A model generated the notes under the pieces. The model was not told the origin of the DNA, ran no database searches, and saw nothing but the letters and a program-made list of their open reading frames with translations. This document shows positions 43,055 to 51,925 of a DNA stretch of 64,000 nucleotides, in pieces. Location of the stretch: contig OX638351.1 of assembly GCA_951813565.1 (NCBI GenBank), positions 1,600,001-1,664,000 on the forward strand. Reading direction: 5' to 3'. The first letter of the stretch is position 1, and each line of letters begins with the position of its first letter. A program made the position numbers and the translations under genes. The DNA comes from an uncultured Poribacteria bacterium. GTDB taxonomy: Bacteria > Poribacteria > WGA-4E > WGA-3G.

Positions 43055-43209
43055 ATGTGCGTAATTCATTACAACAATACGCTCAATATGGCTGATCATA
43101 ATACTTACTTGAGATATTGTTGTAGGGAGTTATTGTGTCGGATGAAGTACATTGGACTCTCAATGGGTGCATCTACCGAGATATATCGTTATAGATTAAG
43201 GTTAACATT

Positions 43210-43800
43210 ATGCAAAAAAGCTTTTTTCGAGAGATGCTGCTAGTCAGGATTTTTCTTATCATTTTTTTTGTTATCAGCGCATGTCAGCAAACAGATAGAA
43301 AATCTGAGAAAACGGAGGACAGTAATATCCAAAAATCTCAGGAAGTACGAAGTTCGCTTCTTGGCTTGGGTCCCTATCCTGATGTATCAGATGAGGTTTT
43401 AGAAATGTTATATTTTGAAACGGTGGATGATCTCTGGGATAAGATAGAGTCTAGAGTTAAAGAAGACGAAGAGTGGGGTTTAATTCATGAGCTCATGATC
43501 CGCGTCCGTATCAAACTCTGGGAACAAGGTATAATTACCAGAGGTGCATTTGCTACGGGAAACGGATGGGATATCGTTGTTTATCCCTCTATCTTTAATG
43601 TAGCTTATGTGGAATGGGGATTCAAAGAAGGACCTAATGGCAAGTCCCAACGATATGCAGTCCGTAAAAAGGGTCCGAATATTCATAAAGTGAGTCATTA
43701 TTTCGACAGTGGGGAAGTTCCTCCTGGATGGACTGTAAAGTCCTTTGAAGAGGGTGCTATTGATCCCTATAAATTTTTAAATCTAAATAAAAGGAAATAA
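43210..43800 (+). CDS. Putative lipoprotein of unknown function, paralog of 44312..45088
   Basis: Lipobox-like ISAC; shared GPYP, ELMxRVRIKLWE, NVAYVxWG, GExPPGWT motifs. Confidence 0.7.
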   Translation: MQKSFFREMLLVRIFLIIFFVISACQQTDRKSEKTEDSNIQKSQEVRSSLLGLGPYPDVSDEVLEMLYFETVDDLWDKIESRVKEDEEWGLIHELMIRVRIKLWEQGIITRGAFATGNGWDIVVYPSIFNVAYVEWGFKEGPNGKSQRYAVRKKGPNIHKVSHYFDSGEVPPGWTVKSFEEGAIDPYKFLNLNKRK

Positions 43801-43802
43801 TT

Positions 43803-44212
43803 ATGATTATCAAATTGTTTGGCAAATTTTTAATCATCGCTTTCTTGACAAGTATTACCTTATTGGCATGGGGCAGTGGCAACAGCATCCACAAAGTGAC
43901 GGTCCTCTAGATGCCGATCCAAGAAAGTTACATAGTGGTCTTAATTACAAGACTGAAGCCAGAGGCAGTAATAGTTTGGACAGTGTATCAGGTGATTATA
44001 CACTCGATACCTATGTAGGTGATTATACTGACCCAGAAGACGGTTATGTATGTAGTGACTATAACGGGAACTTTTCTGATTCTGCAACCACCAATAAACG
44101 CTCTGGCCAGACAATAAACAATTACGGAGCAGACGTCTACGTGTATGGACTTTCTGACGATTATCCGAATTTTCCAGGCGACGATGAATGGTCGGTAAAC
44201 GCAGGTATATAA
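43803..44212 (+). pseudogene. Small secreted D/S/G/Y-rich protein with a frameshift after the signal peptide
   Basis: AAGGA RBS and signal peptide MIIKLFGKFLIIAFLTSITLLAW lie in a different frame from the 114-aa body. Confidence 0.55.
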
Positions 44213-44259
44213 GTTGTGTTTTTACGTTAAGAAGTTCTATAGATTGATGTCTTGCCAAC

Positions 44260-44295
44260 AGGTATACGTTGATAACTTGTTATTAACGTATACCT
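44260..44295. terminator. Hairpin (possible terminator)
   Basis: AGGTATACGTTGATAAC-TT-GTTATTAACGTATACCT. Confidence 0.45.
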
Positions 44296-44311
44296 TCACA
44301 ACTCTTAGGGA

Positions 44312-45088
44312 ATGATTATGTGGAAGGAAGCTTTGCTAAACAGATGGCTTCTCGGATTATTTTCACTTTTGGTTACCGTTATCATCGGTTGTATTTTTTG
44401 GACAATATATGTCAATAGACAAATCCAAAAGGAAGAAAGAGCACTTAAATTATTAGAAGCCTCATTAGTTGAAAAAAAACCTATAGAGGAAACTGTGTTT
44501 TCCGCAAGAACTGATACACCATCGGAACAGGTAGAAATGCAGCGTAAATCCAAGACGGAGATAGAAATAGATACCGGAACAGATATTGTTGAAAACCTAC
44601 ACCTTGAGACAGCAGATGTGAAAATTCCTGAAGCAGGTGCCGAGGTGCCAAAGAATGTAGATGCACGTGTCTCTTTGTTTGGGTATGGTCCGTACCCAGA
44701 AGTTCCTTTAGGACTTTTCCCAGAAGGCGAAAAAATTTGGGATAACCTTGAACGGATGGCTGAACGTAGTGAAAGACTCGCCCGGAATGTGGAACTGATG
44801 GTGCGCGTGCGTATCAAACTCTGGGAACTTGGCACAGAAACTGTCGGTGCAATTGGGGGCGTGGATGGCGTTTATCCGATAATTCCAAATGTAGCCTATG
44901 TAAAATGGGGATGGTCAGAAGGGGAAAATGGGGAACCTGAACGATATATTAAGCGCATGAAATCACCCGCAGGTATGAGTCCAGAAACAAGGCGAGGTAT
45001 TGAACTCGGTGAAACACCCCCAGGTTGGACTATAATGGATTTTGACGAAGGACTTATTAACCCTCATACGTTTTTAGAATTAGAATAG
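44312..45088 (+). CDS. Membrane-anchored protein of unknown function, paralog of 43210..43800
   Basis: N-terminal TM, acidic linker, conserved C-terminal domain. Confidence 0.75.
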   Translation: MIMWKEALLNRWLLGLFSLLVTVIIGCIFWTIYVNRQIQKEERALKLLEASLVEKKPIEETVFSARTDTPSEQVEMQRKSKTEIEIDTGTDIVENLHLETADVKIPEAGAEVPKNVDARVSLFGYGPYPEVPLGLFPEGEKIWDNLERMAERSERLARNVELMVRVRIKLWELGTETVGAIGGVDGVYPIIPNVAYVKWGWSEGENGEPERYIKRMKSPAGMSPETRRGIELGETPPGWTIMDFDEGLINPHTFLELE

Positions 45089-45155
45089 AATTGCCGAAGG
45101 CATACGGACAGAGTGTTCCCGCATTAGAAACGCAGGCATTGACAATATATTACAT

Positions 45156-47658
45156 TTGAAGCAATTATTGACTTGGATATGGCCCATCTCAAAACGTGTA
45201 ATTTTTCCATGTGTGTTTATCTGCAGCATTCTGCTTCTCGGTTTCTGGATCCGTATTCGGGAGCTGAACATATACCTGTTGGTCAATTTACGGGGAACGA
45301 TCCATATCTTTACGCGAAACAAATAGATTGGATTCTCAAACATGGATCTCTTCCCTCAAAGGACATGGACAGATGGCTGCCTTTCGGTAGAGACAATAGG
45401 CAGTTGTCATCATTCTACGCCTACATCCTTGCTTATACTTCCAAAATCCTTCAATGGTTCTTCCCAACACTTATACCCAATTAACTCAATTCGTAGTGCA
45501 AGGTCTCTGTGCCTCGCAATGCCGACTTTCTCAGAAAACGCCTAATTAAGTCAATTTGTTATTACTCCCTACCACATCCAACTATATTCACCCACAGTCT
45601 TTTTTACAATAGGGCTTGCTGCACTTTCGTTATTTCTTGCGCATATCTACGGTATCGCCTTTGCTGGTATTGTTGTAATACTCTTGGCAACACTACCAGG
45701 AAGTATCAGTCGAAGCATGGCTGGTTTTAGTGACAGGGATGCTTGGGTGTGGCTTTTAGCAATACTTGCATTGACAACCTATTTGTGGAAAGAGCAGATG
45801 GAACCGGGGTGGCGCAGGAGGCTGGTGACCGCAGTATCAGGAGTAACCGTTTGCCTCGGTGGACTTTCATGGGAAGCTTTCGGTATATTCGTTGCAATCA
45901 TACTCTGTATTGAAATATGGAAGTTCTGTTCCACGGATATTGAAAAATATCTGAAGGAATACATCTTATGGTCATCCATGTTCATCCCTTGGCTTTTTCT
46001 TCTGAGTCCTGCGTATCGAAACGGATATGGTTTTTCAATGCATGTGACTGAACTCATGTTATTGCCTTCAATAGTCGTTGGTGGAATTCAGATTGTAAGA
46101 CATCTGATCCTTCACTTTTTTAAGCAATTCCGTCCTCATGCACAGTTATTAGCTATCGGATTATTACTACTTGCGATTGCTATAGGAATCGGGTATGTCA
46201 TTAGCAAATCCCATACTTTCGCCCTAACTGCTTACCCACTTCATAAGACCCGATTGATGCAGCATATCAATGAATTAAAATCACCGGACTTTAGGCATTG
46301 GCAGTCTAAATACGGGGGAATATTCGTATTAGGGAGCATCGGGTTAGTAATCGGAAGTCTGCGATATTGGAGATGGAAAGGGTTCCCTCTTGCGGTATAT
46401 ATCTCTCTATTTATGGCAGCAACTTTCTTCCGTGAACCGATTAGTCTATATATAGGTGATTTTTGGTGTGATGGGCTCTTTTACTGTTCTATCTTTTTAA
46501 TTGCCATCGGAGTAGGTATCGCATGTTGGAAACATCAAGAAAAATCTAAAAACGAGTTAGTAATGCTTGCCGCTATTGTGTGGTTTATAATGTGGGTAAG
46601 TTTCACGCGCAGTGCAACACGATATAGTTTTTTTATTGGTATGCCTCTTGCATTTGGAACTGCGTTCCTATTATCGTCTTTTCCCACATGCCTCACACAG
46701 TGGTTAAAGGATAAAAATATACTTCACACACGTATCAAAGAAAAACATCTTACGACTTGCATTGCGATCAGTGTGTTAGTCCCTATATTATTCTGGACAC
46801 CACTTGGTGGACATGCAGCCAATACTATTGTTAACAAGCAACAGCGCAGCAAGACCGGGCAAAGGCAGCTTGTTGGAGGTTTATCAGTGGATGGATAATG
46901 AACTCTCATCAGAAGCGGTGGTTGCCGCTACATGGGATTTCGGGACGCAGCTCAATATGCTTGGCAATGTAAAAACAATTATTGACGCAGATCATTATAT
47001 ACAACATTGGGTATTTCTTTACTATAGACATGTTTTTTGTGCACAATCGGAGAGTGAGGCACTCTCCTTTTTGAAAACCCACAACGTTACACACCTAATG
47101 TTTGTAGATAAGGAGGTCGTACTCCGCGCAGATGGATATTCATTCATTGGCAGTAATAAATACAACGACAGACATTTTAGAATTCATAAACTTGTGCCCG
47201 TAGAAACACCAATCGGAACACCGATCCGATTGGTACCACAAGTTCAAGCATTGCCTTTGGTTTATATTGACATTAGTGCACAAACACCGCAAAAGGTAAC
47301 AGTAACAGCTAATTTTAGAACCCGCAAACCTTTATCCCATAAGTTCACTCCAAATGTAAAACGAGCAACTAAAAAAGTAATAGATGTCGGAATTGGCGGA
47401 GTAATTCTATATTTTGATCATAATCGTAGACTTGGGAATGTCTATTATGTTCCACCTAACGGGTGGAATAGTCTTGCTGTTAAGTTGTTCATACGCGAAG
47501 AGCATAGCGATGCTTTTGTTCCTGTTTATCCTAACAATGGAAATGATGTTGCTGAAGTAAAAGTGTGGAAAATCCAATACCCGCCAGGGATAAAAACAGA
47601 CAATAAATATCTTGCCACAGAGCCAGAAGGGTCTCGCCATAAATTTTGGAAACAGTGA
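45156..47658 (+). pseudogene. STT3/AglB/PglB-like oligosaccharyltransferase, disrupted
   Basis: TGNDPYLY, RSMAGFSDRD, HINE, ATRY and VAATWDFG motifs with many TM helices. Frameshifts near 45258 and 46830, MITE at 45474-45561; start uncertain. Confidence 0.75.
45474..45561. mobile_element. 88-bp MITE with TTA target duplication carrying a REP hairpin
   Basis: TTA|TACCCAATTAACTCAATT...AATTAAGTCAATTTGTTA|TTA; removal fuses FPTL to TPYHIQLY in frame with the 45684 ORF. Confidence 0.75.
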
Positions 47659-47697
47659 AATCTCTGTCAAATTCTATGCAATACTTGAAAAATAAAG

Positions 47698-48405
47698 ATG
47701 ACTACTAAAAACGTTCAAGTCTCTATAGTCATGCCGTGCCTCAACGAGGAAGAAACCCTCGGCATTTGTATTGAAAAGGCACAATCTACCCTCAAATCTT
47801 TAGGCATTCAAGATGAGGTGGTTATTGCGGATAACGGATCAACCGATGCATCCGCTGAAATTGCAGAACGCCTCGGTGCAAGCTTCGTTCATCAACCTAC
47901 ACGCGGGTACGGTGCCGCATATCTTGCAGGACTTGCAGCAGCGCAAGGGCAATACATTATCATGGGAGATTCTGATGACACCTACGATTTCACGGATTTA
48001 GAGCGGTTCATAACACCGCTTCAAAATGGATGCGATCTCGTTATCGGAAATCGTTTCAAAGGAAAAATATTACCGGGCGCAATGCCCTGGGCACGCCGCT
48101 ACATCGGCAATCCGATCCTGTCAGGAATGCTTCGTATCCTTTTCGGCACGTACATATCAGATTCACACTGCGGGATGCGCTCATTCACCGCAGAGGCATA
48201 CAAACGGATGAATTTGAAAACAACCGGCATGGAATTCGCTTCTGAAATGGTCATAAAAGCAGTAGAAACAGATTTAAAGATTCTTGAAATCCCTATCACC
48301 TACCATCCGCGCGACGGCGAGTCTAAACTCAACGCTATTAGAGATGCGCTCCGACATATCCGATTTATGCTGAAGTCCAAATTTTCCCGCCGCAGGACAG
48401 ATTAA
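47698..48405 (+). CDS. GT2 glycosyltransferase (polyprenol-phosphate sugar synthase, DPM1-like)
   Basis: SIVMPCLNEE, DNGSTD, GYGAA, MGDSDDTY, DSHCGMR. Confidence 0.9.
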   Translation: MTTKNVQVSIVMPCLNEEETLGICIEKAQSTLKSLGIQDEVVIADNGSTDASAEIAERLGASFVHQPTRGYGAAYLAGLAAAQGQYIIMGDSDDTYDFTDLERFITPLQNGCDLVIGNRFKGKILPGAMPWARRYIGNPILSGMLRILFGTYISDSHCGMRSFTAEAYKRMNLKTTGMEFASEMVIKAVETDLKILEIPITYHPRDGESKLNAIRDALRHIRFMLKSKFSRRRTD

Positions 48406-48517
48406 TCCTTCCAAATCTGAATTAACAGCTATTCTTGGATCTGACATTAAAAACCATAAACACATATCATCAAAATCGTTAAGAAACTAAACGATTTCTG
48501 CCCAGTTTTAAATTTTC

Positions 48518-48546
48518 TTGACAAACAAACTAAAATTACATATAAT
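48518..48546 (+). promoter_or_regulatory. Perfect consensus sigma-70 promoter of the STAS/two-component cluster
   Basis: TTGACA-N17-TATAAT. Confidence 0.8.
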
Positions 48547-48604
48547 AGAATCAGAATTAGTGAAAATGCCGTATAACTTAAAAACATAAAAGGGAGAAAA
48601 AAGC

Positions 48605-48952
48605 ATGGCAACCACGGTTCGCTACAGAGATGGTGTCACAATTTTGGAACCATCAGGAAAAATTATGGGTACCGGGGTATCGGAACTAAGAGAGGTAATT
48701 ACAGCTGAGGTAGATGCCTCTGATACACCGAGAATTCTAATAGACTTTGAAAAAGTCAATATGATGGATAGTTCCGGTCTTGGAACACTCATGGGTGCCC
48801 ATGTCACAATCACTCGACAAGGTGGCAGGGTTGGTGTTCTCAATGTCGGCAAAAATATCAAAAACCTAATTGTGCGGAGTCGGCTTGCGAGTATCTTTGA
48901 GCACTTCAACACCGAAGATGAAGCTGTCTCGGCTTTAAGCAGCGAGACTTAG
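48605..48952 (+). CDS. STAS anti-sigma-factor antagonist
   Basis: ILIDFEKVNMMDSSGLGTL. Confidence 0.9.
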   Translation: MATTVRYRDGVTILEPSGKIMGTGVSELREVITAEVDASDTPRILIDFEKVNMMDSSGLGTLMGAHVTITRQGGRVGVLNVGKNIKNLIVRSRLASIFEHFNTEDEAVSALSSET

Positions 48953-49016
48953 CATACAATTTATAATCGCAGCAACTTGGAGGTTGAGTAACAGTATCTA
49001 AAAATCTACATTTTTC

Positions 49017-49045
49017 TTGACATTCCTTGATATTTATGTGATACT
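49017..49045 (+). promoter_or_regulatory. IS607 promoter, probably giving a leaderless tnpA mRNA
   Basis: TTGACA-N17-GATACT, 6 nt before ATG 49052, no SD. Confidence 0.55.
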
Positions 49046-49051
49046 ATATAC

Positions 49052-49639
49052 ATGACTTATGTATCAGCGCGCAAAGCAAGTGAGCTGCTGGATTATACAC
49101 CTGACCATTTACGGAGGTTGGCAAATGAAGGAAAGATTGATATTATCCGCACAGGAGGCGGACACAGACGCTATGATGTTGACGGATACATCAAAAGCAA
49201 ATCCAAATCAATTGCAACTGTTTGCTACAGCAGAGTATCCAGCACAAAGCAAAGAGACGACCTTGAACGACAAGTTGAATATATGCGAAGTATCTACCCC
49301 GCCGCAGAAGTTATCCGAGACATCGGAAGCGGTATCAACTTCAAAAGAAAAGGGCTTAGAACCTTATTGGAACGGCTTATGCAAGGTGATAAGCTCCAAG
49401 TTGTTATTGCCCATCGGGATAGATTCGCCCGGTTCGGTATCGACCTTATACAATACCTCATTGAACAAAACGGTGGCGAACTCGTGGTTTTGGACCAAAC
49501 AGAACACAGTCCGCAAGAGGAACTCACGCAGGATCTTCTCGCAATCCTGCATGTCTTCAGTTGCCGGATGCACGGGCTCAGAAGTTACCGTGACAAAATC
49601 AAAGAAGATAAGAGTTTATCCGACGACAGAACAACGTGA
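49052..49639 (+). CDS. tnpA: IS607 TnpA (MerR-type HTH + serine recombinase)
   Basis: RTGGGHRRY, YSRVSS, DLERQ, DIGSGINFKRKGL, HRDRFARFG. Confidence 0.95.
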   Translation: MTYVSARKASELLDYTPDHLRRLANEGKIDIIRTGGGHRRYDVDGYIKSKSKSIATVCYSRVSSTKQRDDLERQVEYMRSIYPAAEVIRDIGSGINFKRKGLRTLLERLMQGDKLQVVIAHRDRFARFGIDLIQYLIEQNGGELVVLDQTEHSPQEELTQDLLAILHVFSCRMHGLRSYRDKIKEDKSLSDDRTT

Positions 49640-50708
49640 AACACTTCGGCAGTGGTTTGGCACAGCACGTTTCACTTACAATAAAACCGTTGCTTTGTTA
49701 AACGAAACAGACATAAAAGCGAATTGGAAAGCGATAAAAACAGACATGCTCCACGATCTACCTGATTGGAGCAAAGAAACTCCGTATCAGATAAAGTCTA
49801 TTGCTATCCGAGATGCTTGTATTGCTGTCCGAGAAGCAAAGCAAAAATGTAAGAAAATAGGTGTGTTTCAATCTGTTTCCTTCAAATCTAAGCGAAATCC
49901 ATCAGATAGTATTTTTATACCGAAGTCTGCCATAAAAACTATCGGTGTTTACCACACCTTGCTGGGAGACCTCAAAATGTCGGAGACGCTGCCTGAGAAT
50001 ATCTGTGACTCCCGACTGGTAAAAGAGCATGACAAATACTATTTATGTATATCTTATACTGTAACAACTCCGAAGCGAAAGCCAAACGGAAGTGTTGTTG
50101 CTTTAGACCCAGGCGTGAGAACATTCCTCACATATTTTCATGAGCGTGGTTTCGGATGGCTTGGACACCATGCTATTAATCGGATTCAAAGACTTTGTTC
50201 ACACCTTGATAATCTTTTATCCCGTGCAACTAAAGCAACTCAACAATCACGCAAGAATATGAGACGTGCTGCGAATAGAATACGTAAACGTATCAGAAAT
50301 CTTGTAGATGAATTGCACCATAAAGTCGCGCGATACCTTGTAGATACCTTTGATATTATCTTACTCCCCACCTTTGAGACTTCAGATATGGTGATGCGTG
50401 GAAAACGCAAACTACACAAGAAGTCTGCCCGACAAATGTTGACACTGTCGCACTACAGATTCAAACAGTTTCTAAAGCACAAAGCGAAAGAGACTGGATG
50501 TATCGTCCTTGATGTCTGTGAAGCATACACATCAAAAACAGTGTCGTGGAATGGTGAGATTAGAAAATCACTCGGTGGACGAAAGATAATCAAAGATAGT
50601 GCCGGACTCAAGATGGACAGAGACTTGAATGGCGCACGCGGGATATTCCTGCGTGCTTTGGTAGATGAACCCTGGTTACTATCTATGAGTAACTTGCAAA
50701 CCGTATAA
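49059..50708 (+). CDS. tnpB: TnpB RNA-guided nuclease (IS607/Fanzor2-like); true start uncertain
   Basis: KIRVYPT...WFG.ARFTYN, ALDPGVRTF (RuvC-I), ILLPTF, VCEAYTSKT, DRDLNGARGI (RuvC-III). Confidence 0.9.
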   Translation: MYQRAKQVSCWIIHLTIYGGWQMKERLILSAQEADTDAMMLTDTSKANPNQLQLFATAEYPAQSKETTLNDKLNICEVSTPPQKLSETSEAVSTSKEKGLEPYWNGLCKVISSKLLLPIGIDSPGSVSTLYNTSLNKTVANSWFWTKQNTVRKRNSRRIFSQSCMSSVAGCTGSEVTVTKSKKIRVYPTTEQRETLRQWFGTARFTYNKTVALLNETDIKANWKAIKTDMLHDLPDWSKETPYQIKSIAIRDACIAVREAKQKCKKIGVFQSVSFKSKRNPSDSIFIPKSAIKTIGVYHTLLGDLKMSETLPENICDSRLVKEHDKYYLCISYTVTTPKRKPNGSVVALDPGVRTFLTYFHERGFGWLGHHAINRIQRLCSHLDNLLSRATKATQQSRKNMRRAANRIRKRIRNLVDELHHKVARYLVDTFDIILLPTFETSDMVMRGKRKLHKKSARQMLTLSHYRFKQFLKHKAKETGCIVLDVCEAYTSKTVSWNGEIRKSLGGRKIIKDSAGLKMDRDLNGARGIFLRALVDEPWLLSMSNLQTV

Positions 50709-50766
50709 GATGTGAAATGCCCAGCATTGCACGGATATATACAGGTTAATATCATCGGCTGCACTA

Positions 50767-51132
50767 ATGGCGATCACTCAATCAGAGCGGGATGGCGTAT
50801 TGATTTTCAAACTTGAAGGTAGGATTATAGCGCCCGATGTCCAAGATTTAACAAATGTCGTTCAAAACGCTCTTTCACAGGTAAATGACTCACCGAAACT
50901 CGTCTTTGACTTTAAAGATGTTACCGGCATGGATAGTTCTGGGCTTGGTGCGTTGATGAAAATCTATGCTGATATCCATCCGCGCGATGGAACAATTGCT
51001 GTGATTAATGTCAATAAACATGTGAAAAATCTCATTGTCATGGCGAGACTTATCACTGTCTTCCGTAACTTTGAGACCGAAGACGAAGCAATTTGGGCAT
51101 TATTGAATCCACCATCCGAATCACCACATTAA
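50767..51132 (+). CDS. STAS anti-sigma-factor antagonist (paralog of 48605)
   Basis: VFDFKDVTGMDSSGLGAL. Confidence 0.9.
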   Translation: MAITQSERDGVLIFKLEGRIIAPDVQDLTNVVQNALSQVNDSPKLVFDFKDVTGMDSSGLGALMKIYADIHPRDGTIAVINVNKHVKNLIVMARLITVFRNFETEDEAIWALLNPPSESPH

Positions 51133-51151
51133 TTGTTGTAAAGGTTATCTC

Positions 51152-51913
51152 ATGATAAAAAATATCCTCGTTTCCATAGGCGATACCGATTATGAAAGAA
51201 ACGCCTTTGATTACGCAGGACAACTTGCAGTTCTTTTAGGAACACACCTCTCTTGTGTTTTTTTTCAGGATAGTGCTCACGGTGGAAGCACAGAAGTCGC
51301 GGAAACAGTGCTGCGCCGAACCGAAAAAGAATGTGCACTTTACGATTTTTTAGATTACCATATAGAAGCTGTCGCAGGCAACCCGCGGCAGATGATTTGT
51401 CAAAAGGCGCATTCCGCCGATTTAGTCGTGGTGGGACTCCCCGAAGATATTAAAACGCGCGGTTTAAAACTCATTCAAAACCAAATTGATGATGTCCTCG
51501 CACATATTACTAAGCCTATTATCGTCGTCCACGAACAGTGCACCCTATTACGCAAAATTTTAGTTGTTAATCATGGGGATATTTATTCTGATCACGTGCT
51601 CTCACTCTCCGCAGAAATTGGCGAATTGACTAAGGCCGACATTCTCGGTTTAGCACTTTCAAATACTACCCAAGAGGCAACAGAGATAAAACAGCAGATG
51701 GAAGCTTATCTGCAATTCTACGATGTCCCAACGGAATTTCTGACTGCCCTCGGATTTACAGTAACAAACATCTTGGAAAACGCGGAAGCAAACGATTGCG
51801 ACCTAATCGCCCTCAGTGCCAGTCATCACGGACGATTGTATGAGATGGTTTTCCAGAGTACTACACAGACCGTTGTTAAACTTGCCAATCGTGCCGTTTT
51901 GGTAACCAAATAA
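51152..51913 (+). CDS. Tandem universal stress protein
   Basis: IKNILV, ADLVVVG, CDLIAL, STTQTVVKLANRAVLV. Confidence 0.8.
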   Translation: MIKNILVSIGDTDYERNAFDYAGQLAVLLGTHLSCVFFQDSAHGGSTEVAETVLRRTEKECALYDFLDYHIEAVAGNPRQMICQKAHSADLVVVGLPEDIKTRGLKLIQNQIDDVLAHITKPIIVVHEQCTLLRKILVVNHGDIYSDHVLSLSAEIGELTKADILGLALSNTTQEATEIKQQMEAYLQFYDVPTEFLTALGFTVTNILENAEANDCDLIALSASHHGRLYEMVFQSTTQTVVKLANRAVLVTK

Positions 51914-51925
51914 TGGGGAACCTAC

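Larger units (their letters stand above)
48984..50758 (+). mobile_element. IS607-family element (tnpA serine recombinase + tnpB)
   Basis: GG at 48982-3 and 50757-8; removal regenerates GGAGG-N8-ATG for the STAS gene at 50767. Confidence 0.85.

Noticed and set aside
48984..50758. IStron (group I intron-IS607 chimera)
   Set aside because: Only about 70 nt lie between the left end and tnpA, too short for a group I intron core
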